A stretch of DNA of 32,000 nt, from positions 22,454 through 54,453 of the forward strand of contig ACYB01000040.1 of assembly GCA_000175855.1 (NCBI GenBank), written 5' to 3'. Below are positions 1-8,643 of the stretch, piece after piece; within the stretch, counting starts at the first letter, position 1, and each line of letters begins with the position of its first letter. The notes beneath the pieces were generated by a model that worked only from the letters and a program-made list of their open reading frames with translations, did no database searches and had not been told where the DNA came from. The translations under genes and the position numbers were made by a program. This DNA comes from Raphidiopsis brookii D9. GTDB taxonomy: Bacteria > Cyanobacteriota > Cyanobacteriia > Cyanobacteriales > Nostocaceae.

Positions 1-290
1 CAATCTCTTAAGGACAAAAATCCCCCCAGAGATTCTCTAGAAGCCATTGCTGCTTCTCTGCTTTCAGGTTCCGGTGGCACATACCACACACCGTTACCAG
101 CCGCTGCTGCACAACCACTAGTACCACAATAGCCTTTATCTACTAACACTACTTTAGCTCCGGCATTAGCAGCGCTCCATGCTGCCCAAGCGCCAGCTGG
201 TCCACCACCAATTACTAATACATCAGCTACTAAAGTTTCGTGACTGTTCTTCTTGGAGGAAACCGAAAAAGAAAACTTTTCCTGAGTCAT
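1..290 (-). CDS. FAD-dependent oxidoreductase, N-terminal part (gene runs off the left edge)
   Basis: Not in the ORF track because it is open at the window edge. Reverse-strand ATG at 288-290 gives MTQEKFSFSVSSKKNSHETLVADVLVIGGGPAGAWAAWSAANAGAKVVLVDKGYCGTSG... This is a GxGxxG Rossmann FAD-binding N-terminus, like succinate dehydrogenase/fumarate reductase flavoproteins. Confidence 0.6.
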   Translation of the reverse strand, partial: MTQEKFSFSVSSKKNSHETLVADVLVIGGGPAGAWAAWSAANAGAKVVLVDKGYCGTSGCAAAAGNGVWYVPPEPESREAAMASRESLGGFLSLRD

Positions 291-368
291 GATTATTGTC
301 TCCCAAATTGTAGTATGAACTGCGATAAAAATGTAGTAAAAACTATCAGCAAAAAACTTTGATCCTAA

Positions 369-1412
369 TTACGGTGCTGGATTAGGATAACGAGTATTAA
401 CAGCATCTATTTCTTGGAAAATCTCTGGTTCTAAGACTATATTCACACTATCTATATCTTCTTGCAGTTGAGCCAAGGTCGTAGCCCCAATAATTGTGCT
501 TTTTACAAACCAACGACTTCTCACAAAGGCAATAGATAATTGAGCAGGTTTGAGATTATATTTTTTCGCAATCTCGATATAGGAAATTACAGCTTCTTTC
601 ACATTGGGTTTCAAATAACGCTGCCCAAAACCCGGAAACAAGGATATACGAGTGTTTTTTACCTCTTCATTCTCTATGTATTTACCAGTTAAAAACCAAA
701 ATGCTAGGGGACTGTAAGCGAGCAGTCCCACATCAGTATGGCGAGCAACTTCTGCTAAACCTGAATCAAAACTGCGATTAAGCAAATTGTAAGCATTTTG
801 AATCGAAACAACTTTCGGAAGTTTCAATTCCTTAGCAATACGGACAAACTCAGTTACCCCCCATGGGGTTTCATTACTTAAACCAAGATAACGAATCTTA
901 CCTGCGTCAATTAGCTTGGCAAAAGCAGTTAACTGCTCACTAATTGGCACGCTATCCCTTTCCAAATCGGGATTATATACTGTTTGTCCAAAGGTTGGAA
1001 CATAACGTTCCGGCCAATGAATTTGATACAAATCTATATAGTCAGTTTGTAATCTTTTTAAACTTTCCTCAACTGCTTGTTGAATATTTTGCTGATCAAC
1101 CTTATTATTTCCCCCTCGTAACCAGGTAAACGGACGACCAGGTCCGGCAATCTTTGTTGCTATTATCAGCTTATCTCTTTGCTGATTCTTTAGCCACTCA
1201 CCAATATAGACTTCTGTTTTTCCCTGGGTTTCACCACGAGGGGGCACTGGATACATTTCCGCAGTGTCTATAAAATTTATCCCCTTGTCAACAGCATAAT
1301 CAAGTTGTTCATATGCTTCCGACCCGGTATTTTGATGACCATAGGTCATGGTCCCTAGACAAATATCAGAAACGTAAAGATTACTTTCCCCAAGTTGATT
1401 GTATTTGACCAT
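369..1412 (-). CDS. tas: NADP(H)-dependent aldo-keto reductase, Tas-like
   Basis: 347-aa ORF. It contains LGTMTYG, INFIDTAEMYPVPPRGETQG, LKRLQTDYIDLYQIHWPER, IRYLGLSNETPWG and IQNAYNLLNR, and ends in YPNPAP. I recognise this pattern as the Tas subgroup of aldo-keto reductases. Confidence 0.8.
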   Translation of the reverse strand: MVKYNQLGESNLYVSDICLGTMTYGHQNTGSEAYEQLDYAVDKGINFIDTAEMYPVPPRGETQGKTEVYIGEWLKNQQRDKLIIATKIAGPGRPFTWLRGGNNKVDQQNIQQAVEESLKRLQTDYIDLYQIHWPERYVPTFGQTVYNPDLERDSVPISEQLTAFAKLIDAGKIRYLGLSNETPWGVTEFVRIAKELKLPKVVSIQNAYNLLNRSFDSGLAEVARHTDVGLLAYSPLAFWFLTGKYIENEEVKNTRISLFPGFGQRYLKPNVKEAVISYIEIAKKYNLKPAQLSIAFVRSRWFVKSTIIGATTLAQLQEDIDSVNIVLEPEIFQEIDAVNTRYPNPAP

Positions 1413-1516
1413 GTTACTAAATTATCCTCGTTACAAGAAAATAACTAAATTATCTGCAAATTCCACAAGCAGCTTTAAAATGCTTTTGTAGTTCATAACA
1501 AAAATCTAATAAACGA

Positions 1517-2737
1517 CTAATAAATAGCTGCCAAAACCCTATCCACTCCAGCGCGCAACGCTGTAGCAGCACCAGAACTCATATCTCGTGGCGCGCAAAT
1601 ACGATTTCTCAAATATGCTAGTGTAATGGCCCCTACAGCTGCAAAATTTGGATCCACACCTTCTTTTCCACCCGCATTACCACCCAATAAAAGTTTGTTA
1701 TCACCATTAACTAAATAATCTGCTAACAATCTCAGATAATATTCCACGGACTCTCGAATACTGACAACATCACCCAAAAGCTCTAATCCAGAGTTCTTAA
1801 CTATGTCTTTAATGGCAGCATCACGATTATTAGCCAGTCTTTCACTAGCTTCTGCTCTGTATTCTAGAAGCTCACTTTCTGCTAAATTCAAGGGTAAGGG
1901 ACTACCAATAGGTTTTAACCCAAATCTCCGTCTTAAAAGCAAATTGTTAGTGATGGGATCGGACTTCACCCTGCTAAATGCGGGACGCTCTTTAAAAGCT
2001 GCAAACCAGGTATTAATTCTAGGGAAACGGGGATTTCCTAAAAGGGCATAATCCCGATATACAGGCAAATTTGCTGCTAGTCTATCCAAATGGGGAATAT
2101 ACATGATATCAACCAAGCTAAAGGTTGACAAAAAATAAGGCCCCGGATATTGACCTAAATCTTCCTCAAATTCATCTAATTTACTTTCCAATTCTAGTTC
2201 TAACTTTGCTAACTCATTTTTATCCTCCGGAGGTTGTCGCAGCAGCTTGTAGGCAACAGTTTGCAATTCATTGGTTTCTGCTTTTTCGACCCATTGTCTG
2301 GCTACTTGATTTTCCTGTGGATCCTCAGGAAGCAAAGTCTCATCAAAATGCTCTTCTATAGCTAGAAGAATATCCTTGGATTCATAAACTAGTCTCCCCT
2401 CTATTTTGGCAGCAGGAACAAGAGTTGTGGGTACTAAATCTGTATACCATTTCGGCTTATTAGTTAAATCAATAAACTCTGTGCTGAATGGTATCTGCTT
2501 TTCTTCCAAAGCTAACCAAACTCGCTCACAAAATGGACACCAAGAATTACTGTCACGGTAAAGTAGAATCGGAGGTTGACCATCTGGTGGTAGTTTATTC
2601 CAACCAGCAGGAATGGGTGCACTTGAGGGATTCTGTCCCCATCTTTTTATTCGACGAGCAGAAGTGTACTTCTGCGCAGTTTCTAGCAGTTCCTCCCAAT
2701 CGGGTATTGTAGAACTGGGTATTGTAACAGGGGACAT
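1517..2737 (-). CDS. GST-like protein with glutaredoxin-type CPFC N-terminal thioredoxin fold
   Basis: 406-aa ORF. SNSWCPFCERVWLALEEKQIPF is a CPFC redox motif in a GST_N/Grx-like domain. A helical GST_C-like region and a long C-terminal extension follow. Confidence 0.65.
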   Translation of the reverse strand: MSPVTIPSSTIPDWEELLETAQKYTSARRIKRWGQNPSSAPIPAGWNKLPPDGQPPILLYRDSNSWCPFCERVWLALEEKQIPFSTEFIDLTNKPKWYTDLVPTTLVPAAKIEGRLVYESKDILLAIEEHFDETLLPEDPQENQVARQWVEKAETNELQTVAYKLLRQPPEDKNELAKLELELESKLDEFEEDLGQYPGPYFLSTFSLVDIMYIPHLDRLAANLPVYRDYALLGNPRFPRINTWFAAFKERPAFSRVKSDPITNNLLLRRRFGLKPIGSPLPLNLAESELLEYRAEASERLANNRDAAIKDIVKNSGLELLGDVVSIRESVEYYLRLLADYLVNGDNKLLLGGNAGGKEGVDPNFAAVGAITLAYLRNRICAPRDMSSGAATALRAGVDRVLAAIY

Positions 2738-2851
2738 TTTTACCTCGCTTTTTCCGCAATTCCAGAAAATACAAATGGTTTGGATTATTAATCCCCGGTC
2801 AAAAATCCCTGGTTTTTAACCTGGGGAAGCTAAAATATTCGACCGTATATT

Positions 2852-2887
2852 AAAAGTACTGTGAATTTATCGGATAACAGTACTTTT
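2852..2887. promoter_or_regulatory. 11-bp perfect inverted repeat in the divergent GST promoter region (candidate operator)
   Basis: AAAAGTACTGT (2852-2862), a 14-nt spacer, then ACAGTACTTTT (2877-2887). It lies 115-150 nt upstream of the minus-strand GST-like start at 2737. Confidence 0.4.
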
Positions 2888-3148
2888 CAAGATGAGGTAA
2901 CCATACTACAGAAGTTTGGGATAAATCAAGTATTGGATATTACAAAATTCCCATAACCTGATTTTTTTTGCAAGTAGCTTTGATAGAAACACTCTTTTGA
3001 GATTTGTTATAGCTTCTTAGCTATTAATTACATCCCATGTGGGTAAATGGCGATCGCTTGATTATTCTTGATTATTTAGGTTCCTAAGAGGAAAAAACAG
3101 ACCTTACCATGATTTGGGACCTACAAAGATAAAAAATCAATGTTGACA

Positions 3149-3202
3149 AAAATACTTGCTTTTTTGCCTGGACTATGAAACAATCATCTAATATACGGTA
3201 AA
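3149..3202 (+). promoter_or_regulatory. Candidate promoter/operator of the GST-FGE-sulfatase operon, colinear with 8494-8547
   Basis: AAAATACTTGC at 3149-3159 contains a -35-like TTGCTT at 3156-3161. After a 17-nt spacer comes a -10-like AACAAT at 3179-3184, then TACGGTAAA at 3194-3202. The same three blocks occur at identical spacing upstream of ssuB. Confidence 0.45.
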
Positions 3203-3270
3203 CCGACAGATAAACAGTACTTATTGATTACCAGGTAACGAAGTTTCAATCGCAAGAGTAAGGAAATAAT

Positions 3271-3945
3271 TTGATGACCAACCTAAAACTATATTTTGCC
3301 AAGGGATCCACCTTTTCTCAAAGGACCCGCGTTGTGTTACTGGAAAAAGGGGTTGAATTTACACCTATTGAAATTGATCTACAAAATAAACCGGAAATAT
3401 TCACCCAAACTTCTGCATACGGCAAGGTTCCCGCTATTAAGCATGGAGACTTAGCAATATACGAATCAGCAATTATCAATGAGTATCTAGAAGAAGTATT
3501 CCCTCAGCCAGCCCTATTACCCAAAGATCCAGGAGCAAAAGCATGGGCCAGAATTTGGATTGATTACGCTAATACGCGGCTAGTTCCAGCCTTTAATAAG
3601 TTACTGCGTGGTAAAAATAATGAGGAACAAGAGCAAGGGCGTAGAGAATTTTCAGAATCCTTACTGTATATTGAGAACAAAGGACTGGGACAAGTCTCCG
3701 GCAATGGACCCTACTGGCTAGGGGAAAATCTGAGTTTAGTGGATATTAGTTTCTATCCTTGGTTTGAAAGATTACCGGTTTTAGATAAATTCCGTAATTT
3801 TTCCCTTCCGGAAGAAACTCCCCGATTACAGGAGTGGTGGCAGAACTTGCGTCGTCGAGAATCAATTCAAAGTGTGGCTAATCCCACGGAATTTTATATA
3901 GATAGGTTTACTAGGCTGTTCGGATTAACAGGTCTATCAAAATGA
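3271..3945 (+). CDS. Glutathione S-transferase family protein (DHAR/omega-like, Ser in place of the catalytic Cys)
   Basis: 224-aa ORF. The track start is TTG 3271, but ATG 3274 is more likely. [18 protein letters not shown] resembles the DHAR/omega CPF[AS]QR motif with C replaced by [23 protein letters not shown] is the GST G-site signature. Confidence 0.8.
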   Translation: MMTNLKLYFAKGSTFSQRTRVVLLEKGVEFTPIEIDLQNKPEIFTQTSAYGKVPAIKHGDLAIYESAIINEYLEEVFPQPALLPKDPGAKAWARIWIDYANTRLVPAFNKLLRGKNNEEQEQGRREFSESLLYIENKGLGQVSGNGPYWLGENLSLVDISFYPWFERLPVLDKFRNFSLPEETPRLQEWWQNLRRRESIQSVANPTEFYIDRFTRLFGLTGLSK

Positions 3946-3954
3946 AGAACTTGT

Positions 3955-4980
3955 ATGGCGCAATTTACCGACAATTTACTGCTCACACATGGAATTAGGC
4001 CGATAGTCACATTGACTATCTGGTTACTATGGTCACTGAGTAGTTGGCTATGGATAGATTTACCAGCTTTGGCAGTAAATAATCCTTGTCCGCAGGGCAT
4101 GATACTAATTCCCGGAGGTACCTTGAAAATGGGGACAGACAATTCTGTTTTTGCAGAAGAGAGACCCTCTAAGAATGTGACAGTTGATTCCTTTTGTATG
4201 GATAAATACGAAGTAACAAATGCTGAATTTGCTAAATTTGTTACAGCTACCGGGTATATAACAGTTGCAGAATTACCCCTGTCCAAGGAACAATTTCCCG
4301 ATCTAACTGAGCAACAAAGATCACCGGGATCTCTAGTGTTTAAAATGCCAAGACAGGGTGAAATTCCCTTTTTGAGTTGGTGGCATTGGCTTCCTGGGGC
4401 TAACTGGCAGCATCCCCTGGGCAATAAAAGCGAAATATTAGATAACTATCCTGTTGTCCACATAGCATATCAAGATGCCCTGGTTTTTGCTGATTGGTTG
4501 GGCAAGTCCTTGCCAACGGAAGCTCAGTGGGAATACGCTGCACGGGGTGGTTTAGAGGATGCAACTTATACCTGGGGTAATAAATATTCAGAAATAAAAG
4601 CTAACACTTGGCAGGGGACATTTCCGTTTCTGAACACTAAAGTTGATGGTTATGTAGGTCTGGCTCCAGTGGGTTCTTTCCCGGCTAACGGTTACGGATT
4701 GTATGATATGGCGGGTAATGTTTGGGAGTGGACTGTCGACTGGTTTACTGTAGAAGATAAACACTCTGTTAATCAAGTCTCAGAACATGAAATCTCAAAA
4801 ACAAGAAAAAGTTTTGATCCAAACAAACCTGGAGAAACTTTACTACATGTTATCAAAGGTGGCTCTTACCTATGTGCGCCCAATTACTGTAGTCGTTACC
4901 GTCCAGCTGCGCGGGAATCTCAAGCACCAGATACAGGGACGAATCACATTGGGCTTCGCCTGGTAAAAAATTTGTATTAG
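3955..4980 (+). CDS. Formylglycine-generating enzyme (FGE-sulfatase/SUMF1 family), exported
   Basis: 341-aa ORF with an N-terminal hydrophobic segment ending ALA|V. Contains YGLYDMAGNVWEW and the C-terminal GGSYLCAPNYCSRYRPAAR, the FGE CxxxxC active-site pair. It sits directly upstream of a Cys-type sulfatase. Confidence 0.85.
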   Translation: MAQFTDNLLLTHGIRPIVTLTIWLLWSLSSWLWIDLPALAVNNPCPQGMILIPGGTLKMGTDNSVFAEERPSKNVTVDSFCMDKYEVTNAEFAKFVTATGYITVAELPLSKEQFPDLTEQQRSPGSLVFKMPRQGEIPFLSWWHWLPGANWQHPLGNKSEILDNYPVVHIAYQDALVFADWLGKSLPTEAQWEYAARGGLEDATYTWGNKYSEIKANTWQGTFPFLNTKVDGYVGLAPVGSFPANGYGLYDMAGNVWEWTVDWFTVEDKHSVNQVSEHEISKTRKSFDPNKPGETLLHVIKGGSYLCAPNYCSRYRPAARESQAPDTGTNHIGLRLVKNLY

Positions 4981-5091
4981 TTCCCGAAATTGCCTATGGG
5001 AATTTTTGCCTCATTTTTCATACACGAGTTTATATACAATTTCATAGATAAGTTCATACACAAATTCAAAGCTTTATAATTAGGCAAGTCT

Positions 5092-7434
5092 ATGCTGTAT
5101 ACAATATTGCATAAAGTTTCACGATTACTCTTTTCGTTATTTTTTGTGTCATGGCTAGCTGTAACTAGTCCTGCTCTTGCGAGTACACCCAGTGTTCTAC
5201 CAATTGAGCCACCCTCTTTTGAAGGTAAAATTGGTTTATCTTACAAAGATTCTAAACCAGACTTTCCTAAGCAAATTAGGGCTCCAGAAAAAGCTCCTAA
5301 TGTATTACTAGTTCTGTTAGATGATGTAGGTTTTGGACAAGCCAGTACCTTTGGTGGACCAATAGAAACTCCCAACTTGACTCGTTTAGCACAACAGGGA
5401 CTGCAATACAACCACTTTCACACCACTGCTCTTTGCTCACCTACAAGAGCTGCTTTACTCACTGGAAGGAATCATCATGCTGTTGGGACAGGGGTAGTGT
5501 CCGAATTGGCTACGGGTTATCCTGGCTACACGACCATTTTACCTAAAAGTGCTGCCACCGTAGCCGAAATTCTGCGCCAGAATGGTTATAATACAGCAGC
5601 CTTCGGTAAGTGGCACAATACACCAGATTACGAAACCAGTGCTGCTGGACCTTTTGACCGTTGGCCAACAGGATTAGGATTTGAATACTTTTACGGCTTT
5701 TTAGGCGGCGATACTAACCAATGGAGTCCTGCTTTAGTAGAAAATACCCAGCGAATTACACCACTTAGTAATCAATCTAACTATCATTTGACTCCGGATT
5801 TAGTTGACCATGCCATTAGCTGGATTCGTACTCAAAACTCCATAGGACCAAATAAGCCCTTTTTTGCATATCTAGCCACTGGAGCCACCCATGCACCTCA
5901 CCATGCGCCCCAGAATTGGATTGAAAAATATCGAAGCAAATTTGATCAAGGTTGGGATAAATTACGTCAAGAAACCTTTGCCCGTCAGCAACAACTGGGT
6001 GTAATTCCCCGGGATGCCCAACTTACTCCTCGTCCGAAGGAACTACCCGCCTGGGATTCCCTCACCCTAGAGGAGCAAAAAATCTATAGCCGGGAAATGG
6101 AAGTATTCGCCGGCTTTTTGTCTCACACAGATTATGAAGTGGGAAGATTAATTAATGCCATTGATCAATTAGGAGAATTAGCTAATACATTAATTATTTA
6201 TATTGTAGGTGATAACGGGGCTAGTGCTGAAGGTGGTCTAACTGGTAGTGTTAATGAATTGAAGGTATTCAATGGAATAAAGGAAACAAAAGAACAAATT
6301 TTAGAATCCTTAAATGATTTAGGCGGTCCTCAGACCTTTAATCATTATCATGCAGCCTGGGCATGGGCCGGAAGTACCCCCTTTCAATGGACAAAGCAAA
6401 TAGCATCTCACTTTGGTGGTACCCGCAATCCCTTGATAATTACTTGGGGTGAAAAAATTAAACAGCCAGGACTGCGCAGTCAATTCCACCATGTAATTGA
6501 TATTACGCCTACTATTCTGGAAGCAGCGGGAATTACTTTACCCAGTAAGGTTAATGGTGTAAAACAACAAAAGATTGATGGCACGAGTTTGGTCTATACA
6601 TTTAAGGATTCCCAAGTAGCTTCCCAACGGCAAACTCAGTATTTTGAAATATTTGGCAATCGAGCTATTTATGACCATGGTTGGATAGCAGCTGCTCGTC
6701 ATCCCCGATTACCTTGGCAAGGTACAATTAAAGCTGATTTTGATCAAGATCAATGGGAACTATATAACATCGAAAAAGATTTTAGTGAAGCTAATAACCT
6801 AGCAGATACAAATCCCCAGAAGCTCCAAGAACTACAAAAATTATTCCTATCGGAAGCCAAGAAAAATAATGTTTTACCCCTAGATGATCGAATTTCTGAA
6901 AGGTTTGGCGTTCAAAATCGTCCCTCCCTAGCTGCAGGGCGTGCAAGATTCACCTATTATAGTGATGTTAGCATTCCCGAAGGTAGTGCGCCTAACATTA
7001 AAAATCGGTCATTCAGTATTATTGCTGAAATAGACACGTCAGAAAACGGTGCATCAGGCGTTCTATTGTCACAAGGTGGAAGATTTGCCGGTTGGGGGTT
7101 GATTGTGGATGATAGTAAACCAGCGTACGTATATAACTTGGCTAATACGGAGCGATACATTATCCAATCTCCCGAAAAATTACCAGTGGGTAAATCCACT
7201 GTCCAATTTGAGTTTGATTATGACGGTGGTATAGGTGCTGGAGGGACTGGGAAATTATTTGTCAACAATCAACAGGTAGCAGTAGGTCGAATAGCAAAAA
7301 CCATACCCTATCGTATTGCTCTGGATGAAACTTTCGATGTTGGTCGAGATACAGGAACACCAATTATTGATAGCTATCAAGTTCCCTTTGCATTTACAGG
7401 TAACCTGAAAAAAATTACCTTGGATTTACGTTAA
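5092..7434 (+). CDS. Arylsulfatase (Cys-type, formylglycine-dependent), Sec signal peptide
   Basis: 780-aa ORF. The signal peptide ends in SPALA|S. Contains LLDDVGFG and the sulfatase signature LCSPTRAALLTGRNHH (C-x-P-x-R), plus GKWH and GDNG motifs. Confidence 0.9.
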   Translation: MLYTILHKVSRLLFSLFFVSWLAVTSPALASTPSVLPIEPPSFEGKIGLSYKDSKPDFPKQIRAPEKAPNVLLVLLDDVGFGQASTFGGPIETPNLTRLAQQGLQYNHFHTTALCSPTRAALLTGRNHHAVGTGVVSELATGYPGYTTILPKSAATVAEILRQNGYNTAAFGKWHNTPDYETSAAGPFDRWPTGLGFEYFYGFLGGDTNQWSPALVENTQRITPLSNQSNYHLTPDLVDHAISWIRTQNSIGPNKPFFAYLATGATHAPHHAPQNWIEKYRSKFDQGWDKLRQETFARQQQLGVIPRDAQLTPRPKELPAWDSLTLEEQKIYSREMEVFAGFLSHTDYEVGRLINAIDQLGELANTLIIYIVGDNGASAEGGLTGSVNELKVFNGIKETKEQILESLNDLGGPQTFNHYHAAWAWAGSTPFQWTKQIASHFGGTRNPLIITWGEKIKQPGLRSQFHHVIDITPTILEAAGITLPSKVNGVKQQKIDGTSLVYTFKDSQVASQRQTQYFEIFGNRAIYDHGWIAAARHPRLPWQGTIKADFDQDQWELYNIEKDFSEANNLADTNPQKLQELQKLFLSEAKKNNVLPLDDRISERFGVQNRPSLAAGRARFTYYSDVSIPEGSAPNIKNRSFSIIAEIDTSENGASGVLLSQGGRFAGWGLIVDDSKPAYVYNLANTERYIIQSPEKLPVGKSTVQFEFDYDGGIGAGGTGKLFVNNQQVAVGRIAKTIPYRIALDETFDVGRDTGTPIIDSYQVPFAFTGNLKKITLDLR

Positions 7435-7520
7435 CAAAAACTTTGGGTAGACAATTCCTATGAATCAAATTACCTCCCTTCTTTTCCCCATATTCGATAA
7501 AAATTGCATTCCTATTATTT

Positions 7521-8438
7521 GTGGTTGCCACAATGTTTGGCACTGGATTAAAACTAACTTTACAGGAAATTTGGCAACCATTAGCTAATACTCGTTTAGT
7601 GATATTTTCCTTGATCACAAATTTTTTGCTAGTTCCTGTTTTCGTGTATTTGCTTTTGACTGTAATATCTGTAACCGAACCAGTAAAAGATGGTTTTATG
7701 ATTATGGCATTAGCTTCTGGACCTCCAGCTCTACCAAAACTTGCAGAAATAGTCAAGGGTAATTTGGCCTTTGCTACTGGACTGATGATGCTATTAATGC
7801 TGGGTACGGTATTTTATCTGCCAATTACACTACCCTTCTTTATAGAAGGGGTGCAAATAACCCCTTGGGATATTGGTAAACCTTTGATATTTATGATGAT
7901 TATCCCTTTAGTGATTGGGCTATCGATTAAATTAATTAAATTTGAATCCGAAGATATAGTGATCAAACTGCAAGCAATTACTTTTCAAATATCTAACTTC
8001 GGGTTGCTATTAGGTTTGGGAGTGAGGTTGATAGTACATTTTGACGAAATTCTTCTTCTGTTGAAAACCGGTGTAATTTTTATCTGTGCTGTTTTTATTA
8101 TCTTTTCCTTCAGTGTGGGTTATTTGTTAGGTGGACCAGGCGTTGACACTCAAAGAGTTTTAGGCGTAGGAACTGCTCAACGTAATTTTGCTGCAGCATT
8201 ATTAATAGGTACAAGTAATTTTGATGATCCTAATGTTGTAAGTATCATTATGGTGACAAGTTTATTAATGATGGTTTCTGTGCTGGTTCTAGGAAAAAAT
8301 CTTACTGAACTGGAACCAGCTACCACGAAAAGAATTACAAATCTAAAGAGTTACAGATCTTTTGATTTCCACTTGTTGTACATTAATTCCATAAAATGTA
8401 TTAGTAAATACATTATTTCCTTTTCCCCTACTGCGTGA
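7521..8438 (+). CDS. Bile acid:sodium symporter (BASS/SLC10, SBF) family transporter, possibly 5'-disrupted
   Basis: 305-aa ORF from GTG 7521. MFGTGLKLTLQEI, ALASGPPALPKLAEIVKGNLAFATG and VGTAQRNFAAALLIG match the SBF pattern. The first helix seems to be missing. A plausible N-terminus, MNQITSLLFPIF, lies in another frame from ATG 7460. Confidence 0.65.
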   Translation: MVATMFGTGLKLTLQEIWQPLANTRLVIFSLITNFLLVPVFVYLLLTVISVTEPVKDGFMIMALASGPPALPKLAEIVKGNLAFATGLMMLLMLGTVFYLPITLPFFIEGVQITPWDIGKPLIFMMIIPLVIGLSIKLIKFESEDIVIKLQAITFQISNFGLLLGLGVRLIVHFDEILLLLKTGVIFICAVFIIFSFSVGYLLGGPGVDTQRVLGVGTAQRNFAAALLIGTSNFDDPNVVSIIMVTSLLMMVSVLVLGKNLTELEPATTKRITNLKSYRSFDFHLLYINSIKCISKYIISFSPTA

Positions 8439-8466
8439 AAATCCCCAGTTGTTATTGGGGATTTTC
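8437..8466 (+). terminator. Stem-loop at the end of the BASS gene (terminator-like)
   Basis: GAAAATCCCCA (8437-8447), an 8-nt loop, then TGGGGATTTTC (8456-8466): a perfect 11-bp stem that overlaps the TGA stop. The U-tract lies only inside the 3' arm, so the terminator call is tentative. Confidence 0.45.
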
Positions 8467-8493
8467 AGTAAAAAAAATCTATTTTTCTGCACG

Positions 8494-8547
8494 AAAATAC
8501 TTGCACTTTTATTTTTTTTATGGCACAATCTATAAAAGTACAGTAAA
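8494..8547 (+). promoter_or_regulatory. Candidate promoter/operator of the ssu operon, colinear with 3149-3202
   Basis: AAAATACTTGC at 8494-8504 contains a -35-like TTGCAC at 8501-8506. After a 17-nt spacer comes a -10-like CACAAT at 8524-8529, then TACAGTAAA at 8539-8547. AGGAGG lies at about 8631, upstream of ATG 8644. Confidence 0.45.
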
Positions 8548-8643
8548 TCAGTAGATTTTATGTAGATTTTGTGTGAAGTTTGGGAGCAGCTAATCTGAAC
8601 ATTACCCAAGCGTAAGGAAAATTATCAATTAGGAGGTTTTGAC

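Noticed and set aside
3143-3148. Consensus TTGACA hexamer upstream of the GST operon as the -35 element
   Set aside because: No acceptable -10 hexamer lies 16-18 nt downstream (GCCTGG). The TTGCTT/AACAAT pair, which is shared with the ssuB leader, fits better.
3894-4424. 176-aa minus-strand ORF overlapping the FGE gene
   Set aside because: It is antisense to a strongly supported FGE coding region. Its composition is Cys/Ser/Pro-rich with no recognisable motif. This is a typical shadow ORF.
8343-8609. 88-aa minus-strand ORF in the BASS-ssuB spacer
   Set aside because: It runs through the terminator-like hairpin and the candidate ssuB promoter. Its low-complexity K/F/N-rich sequence is best explained as AT-rich non-coding DNA.
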